A stretch of 64,000 nt of DNA. It comes from Halarcobacter sp. (lineage in GTDB: Bacteria > Campylobacterota > Campylobacteria > Campylobacterales > Arcobacteraceae). The translations under genes and the position numbers were made by a program. Location: positions 1,024,001-1,088,000 of the forward strand of contig OY781089.1 in the NCBI GenBank assembly GCA_963676565.1. The letters are read 5' to 3'. Numbering within the stretch: the stretch's first letter is position 1; every line of letters starts with the position of its first letter. Positions 9,421-19,420 of this stretch are shown piece by piece. Under the pieces are notes generated by a model, which was not told the origin of the DNA, searched no databases, and saw only the letters and a program-made list of their open reading frames with translations.

Positions 9421-9550
9421 ATAAAAAAGCCTTGGAAAGAGAGAGTTTTCCAAGGCTATATTAAAATCAATAGGGGGTATATTTTTATTTTCTTTTTATC
9501 ACCTCCTTGTTTTTGGGATGTGTCTTAAGAAAATCTTTTAATCTTTTAGA
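9421..9550 (-). ncRNA. Candidate 3'-UTR-derived small RNA downstream of fumarase
   Basis: AAGGAGGTGAT (9508-9498) with no start codon at normal spacing, a CCCCC tract and a C/U-rich terminator loop; inference only. Confidence 0.35.
9423..9457 (-). terminator. Intrinsic terminator of the frd-fum transcript (possibly bidirectional)
   Basis: 11-bp stem AGCCTTGGAAA/TTTCCAAGGCT; loop ACUCUCUC and U-tail on the minus strand. Confidence 0.85.
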
Positions 9551-11056
9551 TTAGATTTGTCTCCACTTTTGTGGACCTGTTGTATGAATAGAATTACCTT
9601 CTGTATCAACGGCAACAGTAACAGGCATATCTTTTACTTCAAATTCGTAAATAGCTTCCATTCCCATCTCTTCAAATGCTAGCACTTTTGCATCTTTAAT
9701 AGATTGAGAAATTAAATAAGCTGCTCCACCAGTTGCAATAAGGTAAGTTGATTCATATTCTTTGATTAAATCAATAGTTGGTTGCTTTCTTTCAGCTTTA
9801 CCAATCATACCCATGATTCCAATCTCCATCATATCTTTTGTAAACTTATCCATTCTAGTTGATGTAGTTGGTCCTGCAGGTCCTACTTTTTCATCTCTAA
9901 CTGGATCAACTGGTCCAACATAGTAGATAAATCTATCTTTTAAGTCAACACCATTTGGAAGTGGTTTACCTGCATTTTTATACTCAACAATTTTTTTATG
10001 AGCTGCATCTCTTGCAGTTAAAATTTTTCCTGATAATAGTAAAGTATCTCCTGATTTAAACTCTTTTAATTTCTCTTTTGTTAAATCTTCAATATTTACT
10101 TTTTTAACACTATCCATTGGTAATTCTAAATCTGGCCAAAGGTCTAAATCTGGTTTTTCAAATTTTGCTGGTCCATTTCCATCAAGTTCAAAATGGATAT
10201 GTCTAGTAGCTGCACAGTTTGGAATCATAGCAACAGGAAGTGATGCTGCATGACATGGATAATCTAAAATTTTAACATCTAGAACTGTTGTTAATCCACC
10301 AAGTCCTTGTGCTCCAATTCCCATTTTGTTAATATCTTCGAAAAGTCTCAATCTTAACTCTTCTAAAGCGTTTTGAGGACCTCTTTCTTTTAGTTCATGA
10401 ATATCAACATGACCCATTAAAGCCTCTTTAGCTAATAGCATTGATTTTTCTGGATTACCACCAATACCAATACCTAAGATTCCTGGAGGACACCATCCTG
10501 CTCCCATACCTTCAATGTTTGACATAACCCAATCATATACGCTGTCAGATGGAGTTAATACTGTAAATTTAGATTTATTTTCACTCCCTCCACCTTTAGC
10601 TGCAATTGTAATGTCAATTTTGTCGCTTTGGGCATCTACACTAAAGTGAATAACTGCTGGTGTATTATTTTTAGTATTTGTTCTAGCTCCAGCTGGGTCT
10701 GCAACAACAGAGTATCTTAAAGTATTATCTGGGTCTGTATAACCTTTTGCTACACCTTCATTTAATACATCTTCAATTGGTCTTGAAATATCTAGATTTG
10801 CTTTTAAACCAACTTTTACAAAAAGATTTATACTTCCTGTATCTTGACAAATTGGTCTATGTCCTAGTGCACACATTTTAGAGTTAATTAAAATTTGTCC
10901 AATAGCATTTTTTGCTGCTTCTGATTCTTCTCTTTCATAAGCATCTACCATCCCTTTTACGAAATCTTCGGGATGGTAGTATGAAATATATTGACATGCG
11001 TCAGCAATACTTTGGATTAAATCCTGTTCGGTAATTACTTTTGTTTCTTCAGCCAT
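9551..11056 (-). CDS. Fumarate hydratase class I (Fe-S, fused alpha/beta)
   Basis: CQDTG, KGGGSEN, WCPP, TARDAAH and GPTTSTRM motifs. Confidence 0.95.
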   Translation of the reverse strand: MAEETKVITEQDLIQSIADACQYISYYHPEDFVKGMVDAYEREESEAAKNAIGQILINSKMCALGHRPICQDTGSINLFVKVGLKANLDISRPIEDVLNEGVAKGYTDPDNTLRYSVVADPAGARTNTKNNTPAVIHFSVDAQSDKIDITIAAKGGGSENKSKFTVLTPSDSVYDWVMSNIEGMGAGWCPPGILGIGIGGNPEKSMLLAKEALMGHVDIHELKERGPQNALEELRLRLFEDINKMGIGAQGLGGLTTVLDVKILDYPCHAASLPVAMIPNCAATRHIHFELDGNGPAKFEKPDLDLWPDLELPMDSVKKVNIEDLTKEKLKEFKSGDTLLLSGKILTARDAAHKKIVEYKNAGKPLPNGVDLKDRFIYYVGPVDPVRDEKVGPAGPTTSTRMDKFTKDMMEIGIMGMIGKAERKQPTIDLIKEYESTYLIATGGAAYLISQSIKDAKVLAFEEMGMEAIYEFEVKDMPVTVAVDTEGNSIHTTGPQKWRQI

Positions 11057-11057
11057 A

Positions 11058-11780
11058 TTATGCTCCTTTAACAGTTGCTAACTTTCTTCTCATATAAGCA
11101 ATTTTGTTTTGTAATGGTAAGTGTTTAGGGCAAGTATCTTCACATCCAAGTAAAGTCATACAACCAAAGATACCATTATCATCACCAACTAACTCATAAT
11201 AATCGTCAGCTGTTCTTTCATCATGTGGGTCACATTCAAATCTTGCAATTCTATTAAGACCTACTGCCCCAACAAAATCTTCTTTTATAAGTTTTGTACC
11301 ACAACCAGCTACACAACATCCACACTCAATACATCTATCAAGTTCAAATACTTCATCTGCAACTTCAGGTTCAATTGGTTCTTCTAATTGTGAAATATCA
11401 ACTTCATGAGAAGTGTGAATCCAAGATTCAACTCTTTTTGACATCGCATCCATCCAAACACCAGTGTTTACTGAAAGGTCTTTGATTAGTTTAAATGTTG
11501 GTAGAGGTAATAACATGATTTCCTCTGGTAAATCTTTTGTTAAAGTTCTACAAGCTAATTTTGGTCTTCCATTAATCATCATTGCACAAGAACCACAAAT
11601 ACCAGCTCTACAAACGAAGTCGAATGAAAGACCAGCATCCATTGATTCTCTAATTTGAGTAAGAGCCAGATAGATAGTCATACTATCTGTCTCTGTAATT
11701 TTATAATCTTGAAAATATGGTTTTAAATCAGTTCCTTGAGGATTATATCTAAGAACTTTGATTGTCAATTCTCTAGCCAT
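11058..11780 (-). CDS. frdB: Fumarate reductase iron-sulfur subunit
   Basis: [17 protein letters not shown] and [12 protein letters not shown] cluster motifs. Confidence 0.96.
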   Translation of the reverse strand: MARELTIKVLRYNPQGTDLKPYFQDYKITETDSMTIYLALTQIRESMDAGLSFDFVCRAGICGSCAMMINGRPKLACRTLTKDLPEEIMLLPLPTFKLIKDLSVNTGVWMDAMSKRVESWIHTSHEVDISQLEEPIEPEVADEVFELDRCIECGCCVAGCGTKLIKEDFVGAVGLNRIARFECDPHDERTADDYYELVGDDNGIFGCMTLLGCEDTCPKHLPLQNKIAYMRRKLATVKGA

Positions 11781-13762
11781 TATTTTACTCCTAATCTTTG
11801 ATTTTTTCTTTTATATTCTGGTTGTAGTGGGAATGGCATTAGAGCATCTTGAATCTCATATCTATCTTTACCCTCAGCAGTTAATTTATCTGTTAACTCA
11901 TCAACCTCTTTTTGTCTAATTGCACTTAAATCATTTTCTATAATCATACCCTTAGCACCATAACCTCTAAATCCTGGAGGAATTTCCATAGTCATAATAT
12001 CTAGATCTTCATACTCAACTGTTGGCATAGTATCACCTTCTTTCCATGAAGTAAGTGTTCTTTTTAGCCAATTTGCATCATCTCTTTTTGGATAATCTTC
12101 TCTTGTGTGAGCCCCTCTAGATTCTGTTCTATCTAAAGCTCCTTTTGCTACACAAAGTGCTACTTTAAGCATCATTGGTACTCTATATGCTTCTTCTAAT
12201 TCAGGATTTGCACTTAATTGTTTATCTTTAATTCCAATATTTTTAGAAGCGATTAATAACTCTTCAAGTTCAGTAACAGCTTTTTGTAATCCTACACCAT
12301 CTCTAAAGATACCAACATACTCTTGCATTAATTTTTTCATTCTATTTTTGATTCTAAACACATCTTCTGTTCCATTTCTTGAAGCAAGCTCTTTCATATA
12401 ACTTTCTTTTTCATGAACAAACTTTTCAATTGTTTCAGTTTTAATATCAATTTGTGTTTCTAAACAATAATCTGCAAAATAGTTCCCAACAATCATACCT
12501 GCAACAACAGTTTCAGATACAGAGTTTCCTCCAAGTCTATTAAATCCATGCATATCCCAGCAAGCAGCTTCACCAGCAGAGAATAATCCAGCTAAAGTTG
12601 GAGATTCACCAGTTGGTTTTGTTCTAATACCACCCATAGAGTAGTGTTGCATTGGTAATACAGGAGCCCATCCTTTTGCACCTTCATCAGCTGGGTCAAT
12701 ACCTGCAAAGTATTCACAAATCTCTTGAACATCTCTTAGGTTTCTTTCAATATGTTCTCTACCTAAGATAGAAATATCTAACCATAAGTGTTTACCATAT
12801 GGAGAATCAACACCTTTACCTTTTCTAATATGCTCAATCATTCTTCTTGAAACAACATCTCTTGATGCTAAGTCTTTTTTCTCTGGCTCATAATCAGGCA
12901 TAAATCTGTGTCCATCTACATCTCTTAAAACACCACCATCACCTCTACAACCTTCTGTTAATAAAATACCAGATGGGAAAAGTGGAGTTGGGTGAAATTG
13001 AACTGCTTCCATGTTTCCAAGTTTTGCTACACCAGTTTCTAATGCGATAGCTGTACCAATACCTTCACAAATAACTGCATTTGTAGTGATTTCATAAACT
13101 CTACCATATCCACCAGTAGCAATAAGAGTACCTTTCGCAACGTAAGCCATAATATCACCAGTGATTAAATCTCTTACAATAGCACCATAACATCTATTAT
13201 TTTGGTGAATAAGTCCAATAGCTTCTTTTCTATCTTCAATATTTACATCTCTTTTTAATGCTTCATTTGCAACTGCAAAAAGCATTGTGTGACCTGTTGC
13301 ATCAGCTGTATAACAAGTTCTCCATTTTTTAGTACCACCGAAGTCCCTTGAATTAATAAGACCATGTTTGTCATCATCTTCATGGATAGTTGTTCTTTTT
13401 GTATTGATTACTGCTTCATGGTCACCTTTTTTAATTCTAGTCCAAGGCACACCCCAAGCTGCTAATTCTCTAATTGCTTTTGGCGCAACTGTTACGAACA
13501 TTCTTGCAACTTCTTGGTCACATCCCCAGTCAGAACCTTTTACTGTATCTGTAAAGTGAACGTCTTCATTATCACCTTCAGACATTTTTGCATTACCTAA
13601 ACTTGCTTGCATCCCACCTTGAGCTGCAGCACTGTGAGATCTTTTTACTGGACAAAGGCTTAAAACCGTTGTACTAAGTCCCTTTTGAGCACAGGCAACT
13701 CCGGCTCTTAAACCAGCTAGACCTCCACCTATAACTAATGAATCACAATATTTAATTATCAT
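11780..13762 (-). CDS. frdA: Fumarate reductase flavoprotein subunit (Wolinella type)
   Basis: GGGLAG, covalent-[36 protein letters not shown]. Confidence 0.97.
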   Translation of the reverse strand: MIIKYCDSLVIGGGLAGLRAGVACAQKGLSTTVLSLCPVKRSHSAAAQGGMQASLGNAKMSEGDNEDVHFTDTVKGSDWGCDQEVARMFVTVAPKAIRELAAWGVPWTRIKKGDHEAVINTKRTTIHEDDDKHGLINSRDFGGTKKWRTCYTADATGHTMLFAVANEALKRDVNIEDRKEAIGLIHQNNRCYGAIVRDLITGDIMAYVAKGTLIATGGYGRVYEITTNAVICEGIGTAIALETGVAKLGNMEAVQFHPTPLFPSGILLTEGCRGDGGVLRDVDGHRFMPDYEPEKKDLASRDVVSRRMIEHIRKGKGVDSPYGKHLWLDISILGREHIERNLRDVQEICEYFAGIDPADEGAKGWAPVLPMQHYSMGGIRTKPTGESPTLAGLFSAGEAACWDMHGFNRLGGNSVSETVVAGMIVGNYFADYCLETQIDIKTETIEKFVHEKESYMKELASRNGTEDVFRIKNRMKKLMQEYVGIFRDGVGLQKAVTELEELLIASKNIGIKDKQLSANPELEEAYRVPMMLKVALCVAKGALDRTESRGAHTREDYPKRDDANWLKRTLTSWKEGDTMPTVEYEDLDIMTMEIPPGFRGYGAKGMIIENDLSAIRQKEVDELTDKLTAEGKDRYEIQDALMPFPLQPEYKRKNQRLGVK

Positions 13763-13792
13763 TTTTATACCTTTTAATACTTTTTTCTATTC

Positions 13793-14560
13793 TTATTTTT
13801 CTAAAACTTTTGAATGAGAAGTTGGTACATATTTTTCACCAACATTGTCACTATGCTCAATACCAATTTTGATATATGCTAATAATGTAATAACACCTAA
13901 AGTCATGAAGAAATAGCTAAGTAATTTTTTTACATTTAAAAGTTTTGCTCTAGTTTCTTTTGGATTAGCTCCATCAAACCATCCCCATTTCATTGCAGCT
14001 CTATAAAGCCCAACTGAACCATGGATTTCAACACAAATTAATAAAACCATATATAAAAGCCACATGTGCTCACTTACAACTCTATCTGCACTTGCATATG
14101 GTCCGATATTTTGTGGTTGTGTAAACATGATATATAAGTGAATAGTTGCAGCAAACATCATTATTAAACCTGAAATCCATTGGAACATCCACATTGATGT
14201 ATCTTTATGATTCATTAATTTTGCATGTTCTCTAACTTTGATATATGTTTTATAAGATGTAGGGAATTTTCTAACACCTAAAATTGCATGAACAATAAAT
14301 ATTGCAGAAATTATTGCAACAAAAATAGAAACTATAAAAGGAATTCCTCCATCAAAGATGAAACTTAATTCAAACGCTTTTGTAACAGCGTGCATTACAT
14401 CTTTACCTAATAATATTGTTGATACGAACATCATATGTCCCATCATAAAAAGTGCTAAAATCACACCAGAAGCTGTCAGCCATTTATCTAATTTAGCAGG
14501 TGTTCTACTTTTTTTACCTTCAGTAGTAACATCTGTATAGGCTTCAATAACTCTATCCAT
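13793..14560 (-). CDS. frdC: Fumarate reductase diheme cytochrome b subunit
   Basis: Five TM segments with four His ligands; VEIHGSVGLYR motif retains the E-pathway-type Glu. Confidence 0.95.
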   Translation of the reverse strand: MDRVIEAYTDVTTEGKKSRTPAKLDKWLTASGVILALFMMGHMMFVSTILLGKDVMHAVTKAFELSFIFDGGIPFIVSIFVAIISAIFIVHAILGVRKFPTSYKTYIKVREHAKLMNHKDTSMWMFQWISGLIMMFAATIHLYIMFTQPQNIGPYASADRVVSEHMWLLYMVLLICVEIHGSVGLYRAAMKWGWFDGANPKETRAKLLNVKKLLSYFFMTLGVITLLAYIKIGIEHSDNVGEKYVPTSHSKVLEK

Positions 14561-14613
14561 TTTGTCTCCTTTGAGAAATTTTATGTTTTGATTGTGGAAG
14601 TTTACATAGACAA

Positions 14614-14636
14614 AATGACTTTAAAGTGATGTCATT
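14614..14636 (-). promoter_or_regulatory. Putative regulator box upstream of frdC
   Basis: Minus strand ATCAC-tttaaa-GTCAT (14630-14615), overlapped by the inverted repeat AATGAC-N11-GTCATT. Confidence 0.45.
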
Positions 14637-14738
14637 GAAAAAAATAAACTTATTTTTAAAATTAAGTTAGATTTTATTTTAAGTGAAAATTAGTTTTTAT
14701 TGAGGGGTAATTTTATGTTTCAAAGTAGTATAAAAATA

Positions 14739-16064
14739 CTACTTTGATTTAAAATATCTATTCGTTTCATCTGTTATTACTTTAGATAAAACAAGTAAAG
14801 CGATTAAGTTTGGAATTGCCATAAGTCCATTTGCTAAGTCAGAAAAGTTCCAAACAAGTTTAAGTTCCGTCATCGCTCCAACAACTATAAAACTTACAAA
14901 AATTATTCTATATATTTTTATAGAACTATCTCCAAAAATATATTCAAAGGCTCTTTCACCATAATATGACCATCCAAGGATAGTTGAATAACCAAATAAA
15001 ACTGTAGCTAAAACTACAATAATAGCTCCAAAATCACCTAAGAAAAATTCAAAACTTTTTAAAGTTAATTCCCCTGCATTTACACCAGTTGTCCAAATTG
15101 GAGCCATTAATATAATTAAAGCTGTCATAGTACATACAATTAATGTATCAATAAAAGTTTGAGTCATTGATACTAATGCTTGTTTTACTGGATCATTTGT
15201 TTTTGCAGCAGCTGCTGCAATTGGAGCAGAACCTAGTCCTGATTCATTTGAAAATACCCCCCTTGCAATACCATATCTAATAGCAGCTGCTACAGCTGCT
15301 CCTGCAAAACCTCCACCAGCTGCTATAGGATTAAACGCATGATAAAATATAAGATAAAAAGCATCACCAACTTTGTCAAAATTTAAAATAATAATTGTAA
15401 TTGATGCTAGGAAATAGACTAAAATCATAAAAGGGATTAAAAATGAGGTTGTTTTCCCTATTGATTTAATACCTCCAATTATTACAAATGAAGTAATCAT
15501 TAAAAGAATAACTCCTGTCAACCACATAGGAATTGAAAATTGAGAAAAGATAGCATTTGCAACTGCATTTGCTTGAGTCATATTCCCAATACCAAAGGAA
15601 GCTAAAACAGTAAATATGGCAAAAAGAAAAGCTAATTTTGGCATATTTGCACCCTTTGTAAGATAATACATAGGCCCACCTTTAAAGCCGTTTTCCCCTT
15701 CTTCTCTATATTTAACAGCTAAAATAGCTTCAGAGTATTTTGTTGCCATTCCAACTAAACCTGTAACCCACATCCAAAAAACAGCACCTGGTCCACCAAA
15801 AGTAATAGCAGTAGCAACACCAACAATATTTCCAATACCAACTGTAGCAGCAAGTGCTGTCATTAAAGCTTGAAAGTGAGTAATATCACCTTCACCATCT
15901 TCCTCTTTTGTGAAAATCAATTTTACAGCATGTCCCAATGCCCAAAATTGCATCCCTTTTAATCTGATACTTAAGTATAAACCTGTACCTACAAGAAGAA
16001 CTAACATTGGTACTCCCCAAACAAAGCTAGAAGCACTTGATATAATCTCATCTAAAAATTCCAT
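14739..16064 (-). CDS. Alanine/glycine:cation symporter (AGCS family)
   Basis: ATVGIGNIVGV, GGPGAVFWMW, GGPMYY and RGVFSNESGLGS motifs. Confidence 0.95.
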   Translation of the reverse strand: MEFLDEIISSASSFVWGVPMLVLLVGTGLYLSIRLKGMQFWALGHAVKLIFTKEEDGEGDITHFQALMTALAATVGIGNIVGVATAITFGGPGAVFWMWVTGLVGMATKYSEAILAVKYREEGENGFKGGPMYYLTKGANMPKLAFLFAIFTVLASFGIGNMTQANAVANAIFSQFSIPMWLTGVILLMITSFVIIGGIKSIGKTTSFLIPFMILVYFLASITIIILNFDKVGDAFYLIFYHAFNPIAAGGGFAGAAVAAAIRYGIARGVFSNESGLGSAPIAAAAAKTNDPVKQALVSMTQTFIDTLIVCTMTALIILMAPIWTTGVNAGELTLKSFEFFLGDFGAIIVVLATVLFGYSTILGWSYYGERAFEYIFGDSSIKIYRIIFVSFIVVGAMTELKLVWNFSDLANGLMAIPNLIALLVLSKVITDETNRYFKSK

Positions 16065-16321
16065 TATACGTCCTTTTTTTATAAAGCTTTGATTTTAGCT
16101 TAAATTTAGTTAAGAAAAATTAAATAATAAAATTGTTAAAGAGAATACATACTAAAAAAATAGTTTAATACGATAAAAATTACTAAAGGAAAAATATTAT
16201 CCATTAAATTGATTTTAATTAACCTATTACTTAAAAAAGATTAGGTATTATATCACCTTTCAAATAGGTGCTTGAAATTATGGACAATTTTTCATTAGTA
16301 TAAACAAGAAAGGATTATTTT

Positions 16322-17251
16322 ATGTTAGATTTAGCAATTATTGGTGGAGGTCCTGCAGGACTTACAGCAGGTTTATACGCAACTAGAGGTGGTTTAAAAA
16401 ACGTAACAATGTTTGAAATGGGAATGCCAGGTGGACAGATTACTGGAAGTTCAGAGATTGAAAACTACCCAGGTCAAGGTGAGATTATGTCTGGTATGGA
16501 CTTAATGGCTAATTGGCCAGAACAAGCTATGAAATTTGGTTTAAAGCATGAGATGAATCAAGTATCAAATGTAGTAAAAGAGGGAGATATCTTCAAAGTT
16601 ACTACTGCAGATGGTAATACTCAAGAAGCAAAAACTGTATTATTAGCAACTGGTTCTGTTCCAAGACGTGCAGGATTTAAAGGTGAAAATGAGTTTTTTG
16701 GTAGAGGTATTTCTACTTGTGCAACTTGTGATGGTTTCTTCTACAAAGGTAAAGAAGTAGCTGTTATTGGTGGTGGTGATTCTGCTATTGAAGAGGCAGT
16801 ATATTTATCTAAAATTTGTTCAAAAGTTTATCTTGTACACAGAAGAGATACTTATAGAGCAGCACCAAGTACAATTGAACACATGAAAGCTTGTGAAAAT
16901 ATAGAAGAAGTAACTAATGTTATGGTAGAAGAAGTTTATGGTGATGCAATGGGTGTTACTGGACTTAAAGTAAAAAATAGAGATACTGAAGAGATTAGAG
17001 ATTTACCAGTTCCTGGTGTATTTGTATTTGTAGGTAGGGATGTTTTAAATGAACCAATCAAACAAGAAGATGGAAGCTTTTTATGTGATGTTAATGAACA
17101 AGGTGAGCTTATTGTTGATTTAAAAATGAAAACATCAACTCCTGGTTTATTTGCAGCTGGAGATGTAAGAATTGATGCAGCAAAACAAGTTGTATGTGCA
17201 GCAGGTGATGGTGCAACAGCAGCTGTTAATATTATTGAATATATTGGATAA
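16322..17251 (+). CDS. trxB: Thioredoxin reductase
   Basis: GGGPAG, CATCDG, GGGDSA and HRRD motifs. Confidence 0.97.
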   Translation: MLDLAIIGGGPAGLTAGLYATRGGLKNVTMFEMGMPGGQITGSSEIENYPGQGEIMSGMDLMANWPEQAMKFGLKHEMNQVSNVVKEGDIFKVTTADGNTQEAKTVLLATGSVPRRAGFKGENEFFGRGISTCATCDGFFYKGKEVAVIGGGDSAIEEAVYLSKICSKVYLVHRRDTYRAAPSTIEHMKACENIEEVTNVMVEEVYGDAMGVTGLKVKNRDTEEIRDLPVPGVFVFVGRDVLNEPIKQEDGSFLCDVNEQGELIVDLKMKTSTPGLFAAGDVRIDAAKQVVCAAGDGATAAVNIIEYIG

Positions 17252-17270
17252 AAGAAAAGGAAAATAACGT

Positions 17271-18044
17271 ATGATTAATGTAGGTGTAGTAGGAAGTACA
17301 GGTAGAGTTGGTTCTTTATTAATTGATGATTTGCAAAGTGATGAACAAGCACAACTTTCTGCTTGTCATGTTTTTGATGAATTAAAAAAGAGCGTTCCAG
17401 AAGGTACAGTAGTGACAAATGAGATGAAAATTTTATTAGAATCTTCAGATGTTGTTATTGATTTTTCTGCTCCAGTTGCAACAGAAAGCTTACTTACAGA
17501 GATTGTTGAAAATGGTGGTAATAAACCATTAGTTATTGCTACAACTGGATTTAATAAACATCAGCAAAACTTACTTTTAGAAGCCAGTAAAAAAGTACCT
17601 ATTTTATATGCAACAAACATGAGTTTAGGTGTTGCCGTTTTAAATAAGCTTGTTTCACTTGCAAGTAAAACTTTAAGAGAGTTTGATTGTGAAATTGTTG
17701 AACAACACCATAGACATAAAGTTGACTCGCCATCTGGAACTGCATTAACTTTAGCAGAACATGCTGCAAGAGCAAGAGATCTTGATTTAGATTCTGTAAG
17801 AGTTTCAGGCAGAGATGGAGTTATTGGTGCAAGAACAAAAGATGAAATTGGTGTAATGAGTTTAAGAGGTGGTGATATCGTAGGACGTCACACAGTAGGT
17901 CTTTACAATGATGGAGAGTTTATAGAACTTCACCACACTGCAACCTCAAGAAATACTTTTTCAAAAGGTGCAATAAAAGCAGCGAAGTGGCTTGTTAATC
18001 AAGAGCCAGGATTATATTCAATTAATGACTGTTTAGGTCTATAA
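17271..18044 (+). CDS. dapB: 4-hydroxy-tetrahydrodipicolinate reductase
   Basis: EQHHRHKVDSPSGTA motif. Confidence 0.97.
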   Translation: MINVGVVGSTGRVGSLLIDDLQSDEQAQLSACHVFDELKKSVPEGTVVTNEMKILLESSDVVIDFSAPVATESLLTEIVENGGNKPLVIATTGFNKHQQNLLLEASKKVPILYATNMSLGVAVLNKLVSLASKTLREFDCEIVEQHHRHKVDSPSGTALTLAEHAARARDLDLDSVRVSGRDGVIGARTKDEIGVMSLRGGDIVGRHTVGLYNDGEFIELHHTATSRNTFSKGAIKAAKWLVNQEPGLYSINDCLGL

Positions 18045-18070
18045 AATTTAAATAGGATAAGATAAATCAT

Positions 18071-19420
18071 ATGTGCGCAATAGTTGGAATTTATGGAAAT
18101 GATAATGCGGCAAGACTAGCTTCTTTAGCTCTTTTTGCAATGCAACACAGGGGGCAGGAAGCTACAGGAATCTCTTCTTCTTTTGAGGGTAAAATTTATA
18201 CAAAAAAAGATAGAGGTTTAGTATCTGAGGTATTTGATGAGAAGGCATTGTCTTACTTAAAAGGTAATATGGCAATAGGTCATAATAGATACTCAACAGC
18301 AGGTGGAGATTCTATTTTAGATGCTCAACCTGTTTATGCGAAATATAAATTAGGTGAAATCTCAATTGTTCATAATGGAAACCTGATTAATAAAAATCAA
18401 GTTAGAAATGAACTAATTAACAATGGGGCAATTTTTCAAACTGGAATGGATACTGAAAACCTAATTCATCTTATTGCTAAAAACTCAAAAGATAGATTAA
18501 GAGATAGAATTGTTGAAGCTTTAGAAAAAACTATTGGAGCATATTGTTTTATTATCCAATCAAGAAATAAACAATTTGTAATTAGAGATAGATATGGAAT
18601 TAGGCCTTTATCTTTAGGAAAATTAAAAACTGGTGGATATATAGTTGCAAGTGAAACTTGCGCTTTTGAACTTGTTGATGCTGAATTTATACGAGATATT
18701 AGACCAGGAGAGATGCTTATTTTCTCTGATAAAACAGATGAATTAGAATCAATTCAATTATTTGAACCAGAATTTAGACCATGCGCCTTTGAATATGTAT
18801 ATTTTGCTAGACCTGATTCTGTTATTGATGGGAAAAATGTTTATACAACTAGAGAAAATATGGGTAGAACATTGGCAAAAAATGATAAAGGTAATGGAAT
18901 TAAAGTTGATATGGTTGTTCCTGTTCCTGACTCAGGAGTTCCAGCAGCTTTAGGATATTCAAATGAAAGTGGAGTGGATTTTAAATATGGAATTATTAGA
19001 AATCACTACGTAGGTAGAACTTTTATTGAACCAACTCAAGAGATGAGAAGCATGAAAGTTAAAATGAAACTTTCTCCTATGAGATCATTAATTGAAGGAA
19101 AATCTTTACTTGTAATTGATGATTCGATAGTTAGAGGAACAACTTCAAAAAGAATTGTAAGAATGCTAAAGGAAGCTGGAGCTAAAGAAGTTCACTTTAG
19201 AGTAGCGTCTCCTGAAATCAAATATCCATGTTATTACGGAATTGACACACCTTCAAAAGAAGAGTTAATTTCAAGTAGAATGACTAAAGATGAAGTTTGT
19301 GAATATATTGAAGCAGATACTTTAGAATATCTATCTATAGATGATTTAAAAAATTCAATTGGTACAGGTACAAATTACGCATTAGAGAGTTTTGACGGTG
19401 ACTATTTCGTTAGAAAATAA
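18071..19420 (+). CDS. purF: Amidophosphoribosyltransferase
   Basis: N-terminal catalytic Cys, QHRGQ, GHNRYST, DDSIVRGTT. Confidence 0.97.
   Translation: MCAIVGIYGNDNAARLASLALFAMQHRGQEATGISSSFEGKIYTKKDRGLVSEVFDEKALSYLKGNMAIGHNRYSTAGGDSILDAQPVYAKYKLGEISIVHNGNLINKNQVRNELINNGAIFQTGMDTENLIHLIAKNSKDRLRDRIVEALEKTIGAYCFIIQSRNKQFVIRDRYGIRPLSLGKLKTGGYIVASETCAFELVDAEFIRDIRPGEMLIFSDKTDELESIQLFEPEFRPCAFEYVYFARPDSVIDGKNVYTTRENMGRTLAKNDKGNGIKVDMVVPVPDSGVPAALGYSNESGVDFKYGIIRNHYVGRTFIEPTQEMRSMKVKMKLSPMRSLIEGKSLLVIDDSIVRGTTSKRIVRMLKEAGAKEVHFRVASPEIKYPCYYGIDTPSKEELISSRMTKDEVCEYIEADTLEYLSIDDLKNSIGTGTNYALESFDGDYFVRK

Noticed and set aside
9485..9550. 21 open codons in frame after the fumarase TAA (SKRLKDFLKTHPKNKEVIKRK*), suggesting read-through or a small ORF
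   Set aside because: No start codon, TAA is rarely read through, and the fumarase already appears complete; could be chance, though Ribo-seq would settle it
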